A stretch of DNA of 63,062 nt, counting the filler, from Reticulomyxa filosa (Eukaryota; Protista; Foraminifera): the NCBI GenBank assembly GCA_000512085.1. It is 23 parts of 23 records of this genome, joined end to end, with 100 filler letters (N's around TTAATTAATTAA, not from the genome) between each part and the next. Parts side by side here need not be neighbours in the genome. Positions count along the whole stretch, not along the records: positions 1 to 3,099 come from ASPP01010462.1; positions 3,200 to 6,599 come from ASPP01011266.1; positions 6,700 to 10,862 come from ASPP01026369.1; positions 10,963 to 14,199 come from ASPP01022450.1; 19 more parts are not named here. One strand, 5' to 3'. The notes beneath the pieces are model-generated. The model was not told the origin of the DNA, did no database searches, and saw only the letters and a list, made by a program, of their open reading frames with translations. Made by a program: the position numbers and the translations under genes. Shown piece by piece: positions 1 through 12,460 of the stretch (its first letter is position 1; each line of letters opens with the position of its first letter).

Positions 1-1060
1 AAAAAAAAAAAAATTGTGTAACGTTGTCCTCAGGCTTGTTTGTTTTTCTCGAAGGCGACTTGGATGCTGTCTTGGTAGCGTTAGGAGTAGATAGTGGTTG
101 TTTCGACGTTTTTGTTCCAGTCGCTTCTGCTTTTCCTTGTTTCCTTGGCGTTGTCATCTTTGCATCATTCGTTGCACTTTTTCCTTTATCTTTTTCCTTT
201 TCTTTGTCTTTTGTCTTTTCCTTGGGTTTGTTGGCAGCGTCATTTTTGGTGGCCGTTTTTGCCTTTGGCTTGTCCGCAACATGTTCGTCGGCAATTTTTT
301 CATCTTCGTTTGATTTGGCCGTTTTTTGCGATTTGGACGCTTTGTTCGAGTCCGCGGGCTCTTTCTTATTGGACGACACATTTGCAGCCCTTGGACTTTT
401 GGCCGTCTTGGGAGACTTGGGCGCGGCTTTTGTTGATTTGTTGGTCGTCGACTCCACCGTCATCTTCCCGCTGCTCGGCGTTTTTATAGTGCTTTTTGTT
501 GCTTTTGCATTCTTTGGTGTTTTTGCATTTGCATTTGCATTTGTATTGGAATTAGGAAGTGGAAGTGGAAGTGGAAGTAATAGTGTTATTATTTTTACTA
601 TTGCTATCAACATCTTCTTGCTCTTTTTTCTTCTCTTTTTGGTTTTTTAACACCAACGAAAGTCCGCGCACAAATGTGCCATGTTTGTTCGATTCGCATT
701 TAAAGTATTGTCTTCCTTCTTTGCTCCCATCGCTTTTGCCTTTCGGCTTCTCCAGCGCTACGCCATACCATATTCCCTTTTTCAATGGTTGCAATCCAAC
801 ACATCACAAAATTTTCTTTTCCCATCTCATCTCATTTCATTTCATCCCACCCTCCTTCTCTTCCTCCTTCTCGTATGTTTTTGTGTTGTTTGCTCATTGC
901 TTTGGAAACAACCTAACCTCCATTGGCCCCGGTAAAATGCCGATATAACGAACTACGCCGTCACATTGCGTTGTCTTCACCGTTACCTTGTCTCCGACCG
1001 TTATGCGTGGAGGCTTTTCTGCTGCTGTTCCGCTGTTGTCATTTTCTTTGTTTGATAGGT

Positions 1061-1117
<57 letters not shown>

Positions 1118-1575
1118 GTCTTATAAACAAAAAAAAGATTGGTAGACTAGATTACATCATATACATGTATTATATACATATACATATACATATATTATAT
1201 ACATATGTATATATGTTTTCAACTCAAAGTCTTCACAATTCGATTTTTTGTCACAAAGATCCCTTTGGCGTCTTCACAATGAAAGTATGTGGTCTCCTTC
1301 ACTTTTCCATTGTTTTCTCCAGTCCCACTCTCCAATTCAATTCCAAAGTATATTTCATCGCTCTCACTCTTTTCATTCAGTTCCATGTGCCCGACAAATC
1401 GTATCATCCCAATTGCTTCATTGTCGAGTTTTACCTTTTTTTTTTTTTGTTCATGTTTTGCTTTCTCTTTCTGCTTTGTCTGACGACATGAGCTGATGAA
1501 GAAACGAAACAAAACAAGACATACCTTATCACCGACAGTAAAGCAACTGTTGCTGCTTTGCGTACTTTGTGCCAT
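1..1575 (-). CDS. Multi-exon protein with two CAP-Gly domains and a K/T/A/S-rich low-complexity tail (3' partial)
   Basis: Spliced VGDK|VKLDNEAIGMIRFVG...YFGIELESGTGENNGKV...YFHCEDAKGIFV (intron 1524-1435). Second copy VGDKVTVK..GVVRYIG..WYGVALEKPKGKSDGS..YFKC..HGTFV. The tail frame (647->1) is open but offset from the CAP-Gly frame (intron or indel at 552-652). Confidence 0.9.
1062..1116. repeat. (AAT)n microsatellite, probably intronic in the CAP-Gly gene
   Basis: Pure TAT/ATT run. Similar runs occur at ~33298-33344, ~51223-51275 and ~52980-53003, and (CAA)n at ~17117-17165, ~18293-18318 and ~54216-54251. Confidence 0.95.
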
Positions 1576-1831
1576 GTTCCAAAAATTCTTACAAGTCTTG
1601 TTGTTCGACCTGCTTTGTTTGCTCCCTCCTTTGAGTTTTTCTTGCTTTTTCAGTGTTGCGGAGTTAGTACAATACTAGTTCTTTCATTTGCAAGATGGGG
1701 CCACGTAAAGAGATTACTGACACTTTTTTACAAAAAGTGTCTAAAAGGATTTTACTCAAAAAAAAAAATAAAAAAAATAAATTGATAATCAATTGCAACT
1801 AAAAAACTTTAATAGAGTATAAGATAAAAAT

Positions 1832-3058
1832 ATGTCCTCAAGCATTACAAAAGCAAAAGATGTGCTATTGGTAACAGGTTGTGGGATAGGTATTTTGAAT
1901 GGGGAGTATGAGTTGGAGTCAAAAGCGGAAGGAAGAGGAGATGGACTGGTATATGGACACAAAGAGAAGAAGGAGTACAAGATAAGAAAGAAAAAGGTAG
2001 TGGAGCTGAAGAAAGAAGGTAGTATTTGGGTGATAATGAAAGAAGAGAAGGACGAAGACAAGGAGGTGATATACTACTACAACGACAGCGAAGAGGCAGA
2101 TAAGAAAAGTAATGTGCCAAAGAGCGGATACAAAGAATTGGGTGGATACGGAACGCCCATGATCTATGAGGAGAAGATAGCGAAGCATATATACAAGCAA
2201 GAATACGGACAAATACAAAGAAAAGAAAAGACAACGGCTGTGGATGTGTATTATTTGAGCAACGAAAAGGGAATGTCAATTGAAATAATGACGTATGGTG
2301 CGACAATCCGAAGCTTGACAATTCCAAATAAAAAAGGAAAGGTGCAAGACATTGTGATTGGGTGCGATAGTTTGCAAGACTACCAAGAGAAGAGTCGATA
2401 TTTCGGAAGCACAATTGGACGTTATTGCAACCGAATCAAAGGAGGAAAGTTGGAATTGAATGGAAAGCAATACCAATTGAGTGTGAATGAAACCAAAAAA
2501 GACAATTGTTTGCATGGAGGATGGAATGGATTTGATAAGCAAATTTGGAAAGTAACAAAAGCGGAAGAAGATAATGAAAAAGTGACATTGCAGTTGCAAT
2601 ATCTTTCCGTTGATGGCGAAGAAGGCTTTCCTTCCAATTGTCTTGTCACTGTCACGTTTCAACTTGGCTTATCTCATAACTCCTTTGATATCCTCTTTTC
2701 TGCTGCCATTCATCAACACTCGCTATCCACCGTTGTCAATCTCACCAATCACTCTTATTTCTCTCTCACCAATTCCTTTGCTACCAATGCCGTTGAACAC
2801 ACTCACTTCTTTCATTTCCCTCTCTCCTCGCACTTTGTTCCCATCGATGCCAACTCCATTCCCATTGCTTCCTCGTCCTCCCCCTTTCTTCCTGTTGCCA
2901 ATACGCCCTTCGATTTCACGTCCTCTTTCCACTCCATCCACAAACAAATCGCCTTGTCTCCCGATCATCCGCAAATTCTTGCTGGCAATGGCTTTGATCA
3001 CTCTTTTGCCATTTCACACAAAGATTCAAAGTTTACTTTTCATTCAGAAATAAATTAA
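1832..3058 (+). CDS. GALM: Aldose 1-epimerase (galactose mutarotase) with ~115-aa N-terminal extension; C-terminus missing beyond the gap
   Basis: Motifs YGATI, YFGSTIGRYCNRI, LHGG, DGEEGFP, NLTNHSYF, TPFDF and GFDHSF. The catalytic Glu segment (typically CLETQ) is absent, so the gene probably splices near 3031 into missing sequence. Confidence 0.95.
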   Translation: MSSSITKAKDVLLVTGCGIGILNGEYELESKAEGRGDGLVYGHKEKKEYKIRKKKVVELKKEGSIWVIMKEEKDEDKEVIYYYNDSEEADKKSNVPKSGYKELGGYGTPMIYEEKIAKHIYKQEYGQIQRKEKTTAVDVYYLSNEKGMSIEIMTYGATIRSLTIPNKKGKVQDIVIGCDSLQDYQEKSRYFGSTIGRYCNRIKGGKLELNGKQYQLSVNETKKDNCLHGGWNGFDKQIWKVTKAEEDNEKVTLQLQYLSVDGEEGFPSNCLVTVTFQLGLSHNSFDILFSAAIHQHSLSTVVNLTNHSYFSLTNSFATNAVEHTHFFHFPLSSHFVPIDANSIPIASSSSPFLPVANTPFDFTSSFHSIHKQIALSPDHPQILAGNGFDHSFAISHKDSKFTFHSEIN

Positions 3059-3099
3059 TAAATATATACACATATACATATATATATATATATATATAT

Positions 3100-3199
3100 N
3101 NNNNNNNNNNNNNNNNNNNNNNNNNNNNNNNNNNNNNNNNNNNTTAATTAATTAANNNNNNNNNNNNNNNNNNNNNNNNNNNNNNNNNNNNNNNNNNNN
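3100..3199. other. Artificial scaffold spacer N44-TTAATTAATTAA-N44 (first of 22)
   Basis: Identical 100-bp spacers start at 3100, 6600, 10863, 14200, 15695, 18969, 24942, 26623, 29035, 30219, 32956, 34794, 36583, 42796, 44045, 46278, 49080, 50621, 51725, 54252, 55353 and 60922. The core places a stop codon in all six frames. Confidence 0.99.
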
Positions 3200-3300
3200 C
3201 GCGTTAATCAAACATAAAAAAAAAAAAAAAAAAAAAAAAGACCATAGGGGAGAGTAAATAACATGTCCATACATAAATTAAATGTACTCCTATTACTTAC

Positions 3301-3956
3301 CATCATTGTCATAGCTCTGTGTTTGCTCCATGCCATCTTCATCACCAAAATCTGTTTCATCCATTGCGGTTTTGTGCGCCGAATCGCTTTGAATACTTGT
3401 CGCATGGACTTCATTCGACGATGACGAATCGCTTGCATGTTGATCTTCCTGCGTTCATTTGTCCATATTTATTTTCACCAAGATTACACAACATAAGAAG
3501 AAAAAGGGGAGGGGAAAAAAAAAAAAAGAAGGAAGTGAAAAAAATAAAAAAATAGACAACGACAACGCATACAGAAAATGTTCGTAAAGAAAGAATATCT
3601 TGAGTCATAGGATCCTGTACAAGGAAGCCTATAGTTTATGTGTCATTTTTTTTTTTTTTCCAAAGGTGCCAAGGGTGCATTAAAAAAAATTCCATTCCTT
3701 TTCAAACCAACGTGACAACAAAAAATTCATATGCATTTGCCCCTTAGCGGCTCTTTCGTAATTTTTGTTTGTTTAAAAAAAAAAAAAACAACTTTCATTT
3801 ACCATTTATCCCCAAAGCGTCTGGATTTGTTAGCTCCGGACACGCACCATTGCGCAACGTGTCACTTTCATCTTGTTCATGCTGAGACAGAGAACCGAAA
3901 GTAGAAACGGAGGCAGCTCCAGTGAATGGAAATAGTAAAGCGGCAATTGTTTTCAT
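3301..3956 (-). CDS. Hypothetical multi-exon protein (5' exons, acidic low complexity)
   Basis: ATG at 3956 gives MKTIAALLFPF...DALGIN|gtaaat. A later exon reads EDQHASDSSSSNEV...YDNDG|gtaagt. No recognisable domain. Confidence 0.4.
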
Positions 3957-4611
3957 GACTTCTGGTACAGCAAAAAAAAATGCTGGACCTAAATGACAAG
4001 CAATATTAAAATTTTTTTATAGCTTCGATATTAAAGCGCTTTGACTTTTGCCCGTTCTAAACTTGGCCTTGGATCTTATCACACAATGTTTGAAAAGTTA
4101 ACGTGAATGGACACAAATATTTTGGTGGGACTAGGAAATCTAGATACAGAAATTTTCAACTGCAATTCGAATTGATGAAATAACACTTTTTCTTTCTTTA
4201 TGTTCATTTCAAAAGAAATTTGTACTTTTTAATTATTCACATAATGCATCAAGTAAATATTTTTCATTACAAGACAGTTGTTTCATCTTTATTGACTTTT
4301 GTTTGTCTTATAATCATGAAACTTACAAACTTTTTTGTTTTTATCATAACAATGAAGCGTTTTGTATTTTGACTAGATTTTTCTCGTTGTTGAAAGCAAT
4401 TTTTTTAATGTTCTCATTCGTTTTCAAATAATTATTACAAGAGTATATTTGATGGCTGATTGCCTTTGATTGTAACAAACGCTTGTCTTTGGGTCAAGTA
4501 AAAGCACTTTTCTTCCTCACAGCAACACAAAACTTTTTTTTTGTTTCTACAGTTCTAAACCTTCAAAATAAAAAAAAGGAGTTTTGCTTTGAAGTTTACA
4601 TCATCGACATC

Positions 4612-6599
4612 ATGCTTGCGCAACTTCAACAAACGTTTTCCGAGGTAGGTAAAGAGGTTATTTTAAAAGCATGGAAGAATTGTAAGGAAAATATCGACGA
4701 GACAAAGGGTGCCTTAACTTGGCTAACAGAGAACACGTAACAATAGATTTCTACACAGTTTCTTTCTTTTTTCATAATAACCATTATGTTTTTTTGACAA
4801 TTATTACATTATATATTTTAATACAGCACAAATTTGCAACAACAGCAATATTTAATGGAATTATTTGAATATTTTGGAGATAAACTTGAAAAAACAACAA
4901 TATCACAAACATGGAAAAATTGCAATCAAATTTTTTTTGACACATATAAAAAATTAGAAGAAGTTTGTGCAATTTCCGACTTGAATGAGTTAAATGCATA
5001 TGAAATGTGTATATGACTGTCGAATAAAACAAAAAAATTATTGAATAGATTGAAAGAAGAAAATGAATTTAAAATACTTCGAGAAATATGTTTGCACATT
5101 TTGTGGAATATTTTAAAATATCCTAAACATATTAAATATCGTCAAATTCACAAACAAGCTTTATACAACTATTTATTTCTGAAATGTCATACATTAGGTG
5201 CAGATTTGGAAAAAGTATCTGTAGTTATGGAATGGTTTTTGCAATATTTTGGATTCAAAAAAGGAAATGATGATAATTGGTATTATCAACACCATCATAT
5301 TCAATTATTACATCTGTGGAAATGTTATCGATCAGCGATTAATCTACAAAAAATGTATTTTTGTGTGTTTATTTTGCTGCTGTTAATAAAGCGAATGATA
5401 TAAATATATAAATGATATAACCAATCATTTTAAATAGATATAAAACAAGACATTGGATTGTTAGAAGAGTGTGCATGTTATGGAATGGAAAATTGAAAGA
5501 TTATGAAAGTCTATTCGATTATGAACATCGAACAATAATGTTATTTGATGAACATAAATTAAAAATAAAATCATTACAACTTGGAAATCCAAAAAAATCA
5601 TCATTGGAATTCAATGTAAGTATTCAATGGTATAATGACATTGACATTCATCAAACACATGCCAAATGGGCTTGTCTCATTCTCAATCATACCTGGCACT
5701 TCCGCACAATTCATCCGTTAGATAGAGATGATTTATCAAATTGTGTATCAGTTAATGAAAGCAAAAACATACGAGTGTCTTTATCAATTATCAAATATAA
5801 ATTATCAATTATTTGTTAATATTCAATTGTTACGCTTATATTTCAAACACACAGGAATTCAACTCTTTCAATGTCATTTGGAAATCTATTGATAATAAGA
5901 CACACAAAGAGCCGTTGAATCCATATTCAATCACTTTCAAACAAGGAATACAACATGTACAACATAATTTACAAATGAGAAATCATTTTATGTTTGGAAT
6001 GGATGAACTAATATTATTTGAATGTAAATTTGACAAATGTAAACCAGCAATATCATCAAAAATATCAAAAATGAATGACTCAGATGTATTGTTATATGAT
6101 ATTTACAAACATCTTCCTCATTATCCAATTATTCAAGTACTTTGGGAAATAAAAGGATATTTTATGGTACCCTACAAACGCACAATTGGAATAGAAAGAA
6201 AAGATTTACCAAAAAGTAATGACTTAGGTATTGAATTTATTTCATCAAATCAAAAAACTAAATTCAATCCATTATTATATGAATGTGATTTGCACAAACT
6301 TAAAATTATTGAAGATGAATCAAGTGTAAAAGTGACAAGAAACAACAACTTGCAAAAACTGTTTCACGAAGTGATACAAAATAATTATTTATGTGATTTA
6401 ATCACATTCCAATCTAAACAAAATAAAAAAGAAGAAAAACAATTTTATAATAATATCAAAAAACAAATGAATTATAATGAAAAGGATGAAAATGGTGAAT
6501 TGATATTAAATGATTTGATATTAACAATATTAAATGAATTGAAGATATTGTATCATGATGATATTCATAAACAAATGGGATATCCACTTCAATTACATC
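4612..6599 (+). CDS. Multi-exon protein with CUE/UBA-like N-terminal helical repeats and a PUB-like domain (3' partial)
   Basis: QLQQTFSEVGKEVILKAWKNCKENID and LFEYFGDKLEKTTISQTWKNCNQ repeats. ILWNILKYPKHIKYRQI...FLQYFGF resembles PUB domains. Consecutive ORFs are separated by short GT-AG introns. Confidence 0.6.
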
Positions 6600-7542
6600 N
6601 NNNNNNNNNNNNNNNNNNNNNNNNNNNNNNNNNNNNNNNNNNNTTAATTAATTAANNNNNNNNNNNNNNNNNNNNNNNNNNNNNNNNNNNNNNNNNNNNA
6701 AAAAAAAAAACTTGGTGCAATCAATATAATACTTCTCCTTCTTTTTCTTCTTTTCCTCTGATCAGAACAAAAATTGACAGATCATTTCAAAAGACAATGC
6801 GTGGATTTTGTGCAGTTTTCTTTTCAACGGACGAATTGCTTTTTAATGAGAGAATTTCCCTTGCAACAAATCATTTGTATGTTTTGTGACAAATTTTTCA
6901 AAGGAATATCTAAAAAGTTTTGGATATTATGCTTTTTTTTTCAATGTGAATGCAAATTTCACTAAAACCAAACAATTCAGCGAAAGACGGCATAGTCAAA
7001 CAACTATTTATTTAACAAAAAGATAATAAGAAATATTCAAATATTAAGCCTTTTCAAAATAATTTTTTGATAAAACAGTGTCCAAATTAATTTTTCAACA
7101 AATGATGCATTTAGGATGAACTTTTGAAAAGTAAAACACTAAAAAAAAATTAGGTACGTGTATTCAAAGAACCCCAGAACTGGTATTACATATAAATGCT
7201 TTATTTCACATTTATTTTCTTAAATAAAGCGAATTGAGTAAGAAATGTCTCCATCTCAAAACAAAAAAATTTTATCTTCAAAACTCTACTAAAAAAACTT
7301 GATACCGTATAAGGTTGAAATTTTCTTTCATTTCATAAAACAGAATTACAATGTTATTACAAAAACATCAGAGAAATAGTACTGTTTTTTTTACTACATG
7401 ACGTTGTTATTTGATTTGAGAATTTGACTTACTGTTACTTCTTTTTCATTAAAGACAAAAATTTACCAAATCATCCCAAATTTAAAAATGAAAATAAATA
7501 CATTTTATCAATGCCTTTTCACTTTGCAAAAACTTATATATG

Positions 7543-8907
7543 TTATCCCCAAACACGGATTGGACCTTTGTCTGAACCATAATATAAATTATTAACACAA
7601 CAATTGTCATTTGTTTTTTGTTCATTGTTTCTTTTTTTTTTCAATAATACAAATTTAAAACATATTATTCCATAGTCTTCTTTATCATTTCCTTTGATTA
7701 CATACAATTGATTCTTATTTGATCGAATATCCCAAAAACGAATTGTATTATCATATGATCCTGAACAAATCACGTTTGAACTACAACCAATTTCTTTATT
7801 GTCTATCACAAATGGTGAATATTCAACAGCGTACACAGTATATTTATGTCCGTTGAACACTTGAATTTGTTCACCAGATCGAATATCCCACATACAAACA
7901 CTTTTATCATATGATCCAGATAATAATGTATTTAATAATTCATTTGAACCATGTTTAACACATCTCACTGTACCTTGATGTCCTTTGATTACAATGAGTC
8001 CTTTCGTTGTTTCAATATCCCATATACGAATGGTATTATCCCATGATCCAGAACAAATCGTATATCCATTTCCACCAATTACACCAATATTATTACTTTT
8101 ATTATCATTCTTATTGTTATTGCTTTGTAATGGTAAAATATCCACACATGCAACACCTTTTTTATGTCCATTGAAAACATGCAATGATTTGTGTGTTTCA
8201 ATATCCCATAAACGAATTGTATTATCAGCAGATCCAGAACACAAATATCTACCACCATTAAATGATGAAAATTCAATGCCATAAACACTTTTTGTGTGTT
8301 CATTGAATATTTGTAATTGTTGATTATGTTTAAAATCCCAAAAACGAATAGTTTTGTCTTCTGATGAAGAACAAATGACAGTACGACAATGATTATGGTA
8401 ATGATATGATGAAAATTTCACACAATTCACATCAGATAAATGTCCATTGAATGTTTGAATTTGTTTATTGTTCTCAATATCCCATAAACAAACTGTATTG
8501 TCATCTGATCCGGAACAAAGTAACTGTCTACTATCTAATATTGAGTAGTCAATACTATTTACACGATTTTTGTGTCCACTGAATGTTTCAAGTAATTTAG
8601 AAGATGAACGGAAGATATCAAATATGAAGATATCAATAGCCTGTGATTATAGATAAACATTTCAATTTTTTTGTTTTACATTTAAAAAAAAACAAAGAAC
8701 ATAACATATTTGATAATAATTTGATCAAAATCATGGATCCACCCTAATTTTATTTTTAATATTCGAATCCAATGTTGAGTAATTAATGGAATCTCTTCTT
8801 TTTTTGACTGATTCAATCACAAACTACGTAAAATTATTATCAAAGAACAAACAAGCTAAAATGAAGCTTACTAGTGATAGTTGCATTGATATCTCTGAGG
8901 TAATCAT
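7543..8907 (-). CDS. WD40-repeat protein (3 exons)
   Basis: About seven GH...SGS.D.TIR.WD repeats. Exon 1 is 8907-8872 (MITSEISMQLSL|gtaagc), exon 2 is SKKEEIPLITQHWIRILKIKLGWIHDFDQIIIKY|gttatg, and exon 3 runs from 8640 to the stop at 7543. Confidence 0.95.
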
Positions 8908-9194
8908 CCTCTCACTTGTTTTGCTTGAGATAAGATAAAGTTTCAATTTTTTTATATCAATATCAATATTTAAAGGGTTCTCAAAATATTTGTAAGAATT
9001 TTTTTTAAAAAAAGAGCGTTTTGAACAACTTTAAAAAAGGTATTTTTTACATGGAAAAATATTATTACTATTGCTTTTGAGATATTTTCTTATTTTGTTT
9101 GAGAAAAAAAAAAAGCAAGATCAAATTAATTCAATTGTTTGGTAATATAAATGGATAAAAATATTATTTCTTTCAGTAATAATAAGTTTAGATT

Positions 9195-9350
9195 TAAATA
9201 TTTAGAGTTTGGATCAAATGAATTAGTAATTATCGGTGGTATAAATACAATATATCTGGATCATATGATAAAAGTATTCGTTTGTGGAATATCTATCGAA
9301 TAAGGATGAATTATATGTAGTAAAAGAAAGAAGAAAATGGAATTATGTTT
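9195..9350 (+). pseudogene. Decayed WD40 fragment, paralogous to the neighbouring gene and in opposite orientation
   Basis: FGSNELVIIGGINTI/SGSYDKSIRLWNI/KDELYVVK matches HGSNELLNTLLSGSYDKSV..NQLYVIK, with frameshifts and an internal deletion. Confidence 0.75.
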
Positions 9351-10457
9351 TTTTTGTGTTTTTTAGAATTTTTTGGCTGTTTATTTTATAAATTTAATTT
9401 TTTTTATATTATTTTTGCGTTCAAGTTTTTTTTGTTTTTTGTGTTAGTAATTGTAATTTTAAAAAATTTGAAAAGCAAAAAAAATGCCATAATTTTTTAA
9501 AATTAAAAGTTTTTTGGGTTTTGCGCACCAGCATATGCTAGACTGTAAGTTTTTAATAAATGTCAAAAAAAATAAACATTAAATCTTAAAATTGAAAATT
9601 ATAGTGATTTAGTTACAGTAGATTGCAGAAAAAACTGTCACATCTAAATGGCATTATATGAGAGAACAGATTTTCTCCATGAAAAATAAAGATTTAATTT
9701 TTTTTTAAAATGGATAACTATTTTCAATAAAAAAGACTTTGTTTTCTGAATTATTATTAAGAATGTGTTGTGTTAGCAAAAATTAATTTTGTTGAAGCGA
9801 AATCTTGATAGTCTACAATACAAAAATAAAATAATTTTTCATGCCAATATTTTTTTTTTATTAAAAAAGCAATTTTTGCTTTGAAAAACCCAATCCATTG
9901 CATGTGCTAGAACATTCAAGACTTGAAGCTCAAATTTAAAATAGTACGAATATTTGTACACATTAATGACAAAAAATGCAACAAAAGAAAAGAAAGATTT
10001 TTTGTTTTCAATTGCAAATATCAGATAACGCAACTGCAATAATATTAACAAAAGCAATCTTTTTTATAATAAAAATACGAAAACACTATATTTTATACTT
10101 TGATATTTTTGAAGTTTAATAAAAAGTATCCTTGTTTTAAATCTTATCCTTTTTCATTTTCATTACCATAACACAAAAAAACATAATAAGTGTCTTATGA
10201 ATTATGATAAATAATAATTTGATGTTTTTAAAGGATATGAAAAGAAACAAAAAGAAAATATCCTCGGTGCAACTGATATAAACATCTCACTATCATTTTT
10301 TTATTTTTGTTTACGCTTTTAGTTTTCATTTTAAACAGTAATTATCAACCATATTTAACTTACTTTCCTTAAAGATTTTTCAATTTTCATTCTTGAAACA
10401 GAATAATACTTTCTAATTTATATTATTATTTCATATAGACTTAAGAAATAAATAATT

Positions 10458-10862
10458 CTACTTAGCCAAAAAAAAATTAGTGATATTGTTGAATAGATAC
10501 TTGTGTATTTGTAGCCCAATACCAGAAGCGGCAGCCGAAAAAGGTGCAGTGACACATATTGTTGCCAAACTAGCTTCCATATCGGTTTGCTGTTTATTTT
10601 CTTCTGCTTCTTTCATAAAAGCTTCCCATTCTTTTTCTGATAATTTTCCGTTTTTATCTTTGTCATGTTCATCAATAAACCTTTGTGCATCTTCGACAGT
10701 CCATCCTATTTTGTTTGCTAACTCGTGTGCGTCCAGTTGTCCATCTCCATCTTCATCCAGATCGTCAAGAGCCATGTTTCTTAGATTTTTAAAGATTTGC
10801 TGTATTCGCGCATATCTCCTAGCATTCCAAATAATCCCAAGGCTAAGTTTATCTTCTTCGCT
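10458..10862 (-). CDS. EF-hand calcium-binding protein (5' partial)
   Basis: Two canonical loops, DEDGDGQLDAHE and DKDKNGKLSEKE. Confidence 0.85.
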   Translation of the reverse strand, partial: SEEDKLSLGIIWNARRYARIQQIFKNLRNMALDDLDEDGDGQLDAHELANKIGWTVEDAQRFIDEHDKDKNGKLSEKEWEAFMKEAEENKQQTDMEASLATICVTAPFSAAASGIGLQIHKYLFNNITNFFLAK

Positions 10863-10962
10863 NNNNNNNNNNNNNNNNNNNNNNNNNNNNNNNNNNNNNN
10901 NNNNNNTTAATTAATTAANNNNNNNNNNNNNNNNNNNNNNNNNNNNNNNNNNNNNNNNNNNN

Positions 10963-11690
10963 CGTTCCTTGCACCCTTCTTTTTCACCAGGTAAATGTTT
11001 TACAACAAGCCGTTTTGCACCCATTGTTCCCAGAAGTGATATCAGCATTACAACAATTCCATTGTTTTTGGCAGCCTTCTTCGTTTTTCCTTGCGTAGAC
11101 AAACACGGATATAGTCTGCGTTCTTTACAGCCTTGTGTGTCCTTGCCCTCACCGCAATTTTGACATGCGTCAAAGCATCCAAGTGTCCCACTTGGCAAAC
11201 CATAGCATGCGTGGTTGTACGTGTATACCTCTTCATTATTTGCATCCTTCCGTGTTCATAGGCTTGCTGCAGCTACCACAAATGTTATTTTTTTGCACAC
11301 GATAAATGGAGCCTTTGATGACAACCCGAGCAAATGAAATAGTTTGAATAACTTAAACTTTTATCACAATAATCGCAGTCATAATCACTACTCTCTGTAT
11401 TTACTGTTTTTTTGTTTTTTTTTAATAATAAAAAAAAAAAAAAAATCGCAAAACTAATTTTAGCAAAAAAAAAAAAAAATTGCAGCCATAATACACTACC
11501 TTCGATATTTTTTTGTTTAAAGACAACTCGCATAACTAATTGTAACAAAACAAAACTTAACGGTAATATGCTGAATTTACCACCTGACAAAGGGGACATT
11601 CATAGCCCGAAGAGCAACCATGAAGCCTTTTTATACCAACAATACTTCGAGTGGTATTATTACAGCGATGTCTTCGAGTAAATTTGTCAT
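10963..11690 (-). pseudogene. Cys-rich, probably Zn-binding protein fragment, frameshifted
   Basis: ECPLC, CDYCDK..CSGCHQRLHLSC and GCFDACQNCGE..QGCKE pieces lie in different frames with stops. Confidence 0.45.
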
Positions 11691-12016
11691 GGTAATACTC
11701 AGTAACGACAGCACGATTATGATAATAGTAAAATTTGAAAAATTTAAAATAGAATATCAAAATGCTTACTTCCAACGGATATCTAAAAACGTACATTAAA
11801 AAATTACAAAAAGAAATGAACAATGTGATGCAAGTGGGTCCAATTTGTATTTAGGGATAAAATATTGTGGATAAACAAAAATTTTAATTTTATAAGGTCC
11901 CATTTTTAGGTTTGATTGAAAAAAAAAAAAAAATTTTTCTGCCAAAAATAATTGTAATGTAATGCTGTACATAATGGGCTCTACAATTCATTTCATTCCT
12001 CTTTGTTGAAAGAAAG

Positions 12017-12460
12017 TTAGCACAAAAAGTCTTTACTGATTATTGGTAACTCGTTAATTGTTTGCAAAAGCCTTTTTTTTGTTAGTTTCTTTATTGAAAA
12101 AAAAAAATAACAATCAATCCTTTGTCCATTTTGTTTCATCATTTGTTCAGCCAATACTGCTTCTACATTTAATTCAAGCCAATTCCACCAAAATGTTTTG
12201 TAAAAATCTAAAGTATCTGAAATGATTGACAAATGCATTTTGAACATCTTTGAAATCTTTTTGTTTGTCGTCACTTGTGTGATCAGAGTATCTCCATTCA
12301 CACCAAATTCTCCATCCGTGATTACCATCAATACGTTTTGGGTGAAAGTTGGCTGAGTTGCTTCAAAGACTTCATTGATCAAGTTTTCCATGGTCAATTC
12401 TGTCAACGTGATGGTGTGTATTTTTGTGCCATCATGCAATTTGGCTTTAAACAACGACAT
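12017..12460 (-). pseudogene. Decayed gene with a PB1/ubiquitin-fold-like N-terminal domain
   Basis: MSLFKAKLHDGTKIHTITLTELTMENLINEV...VITDGE has a PB1-like pattern and resembles ORF 13908. The downstream part degenerates. Confidence 0.4.

Noticed and set aside
24-650. Hydrophobic 208-aa plus-strand ORF (and similar ones such as 16137-16988 - and 22070-22381 -)
   Set aside because: These are antisense shadows of low-complexity coding sequence or A-rich tracts.
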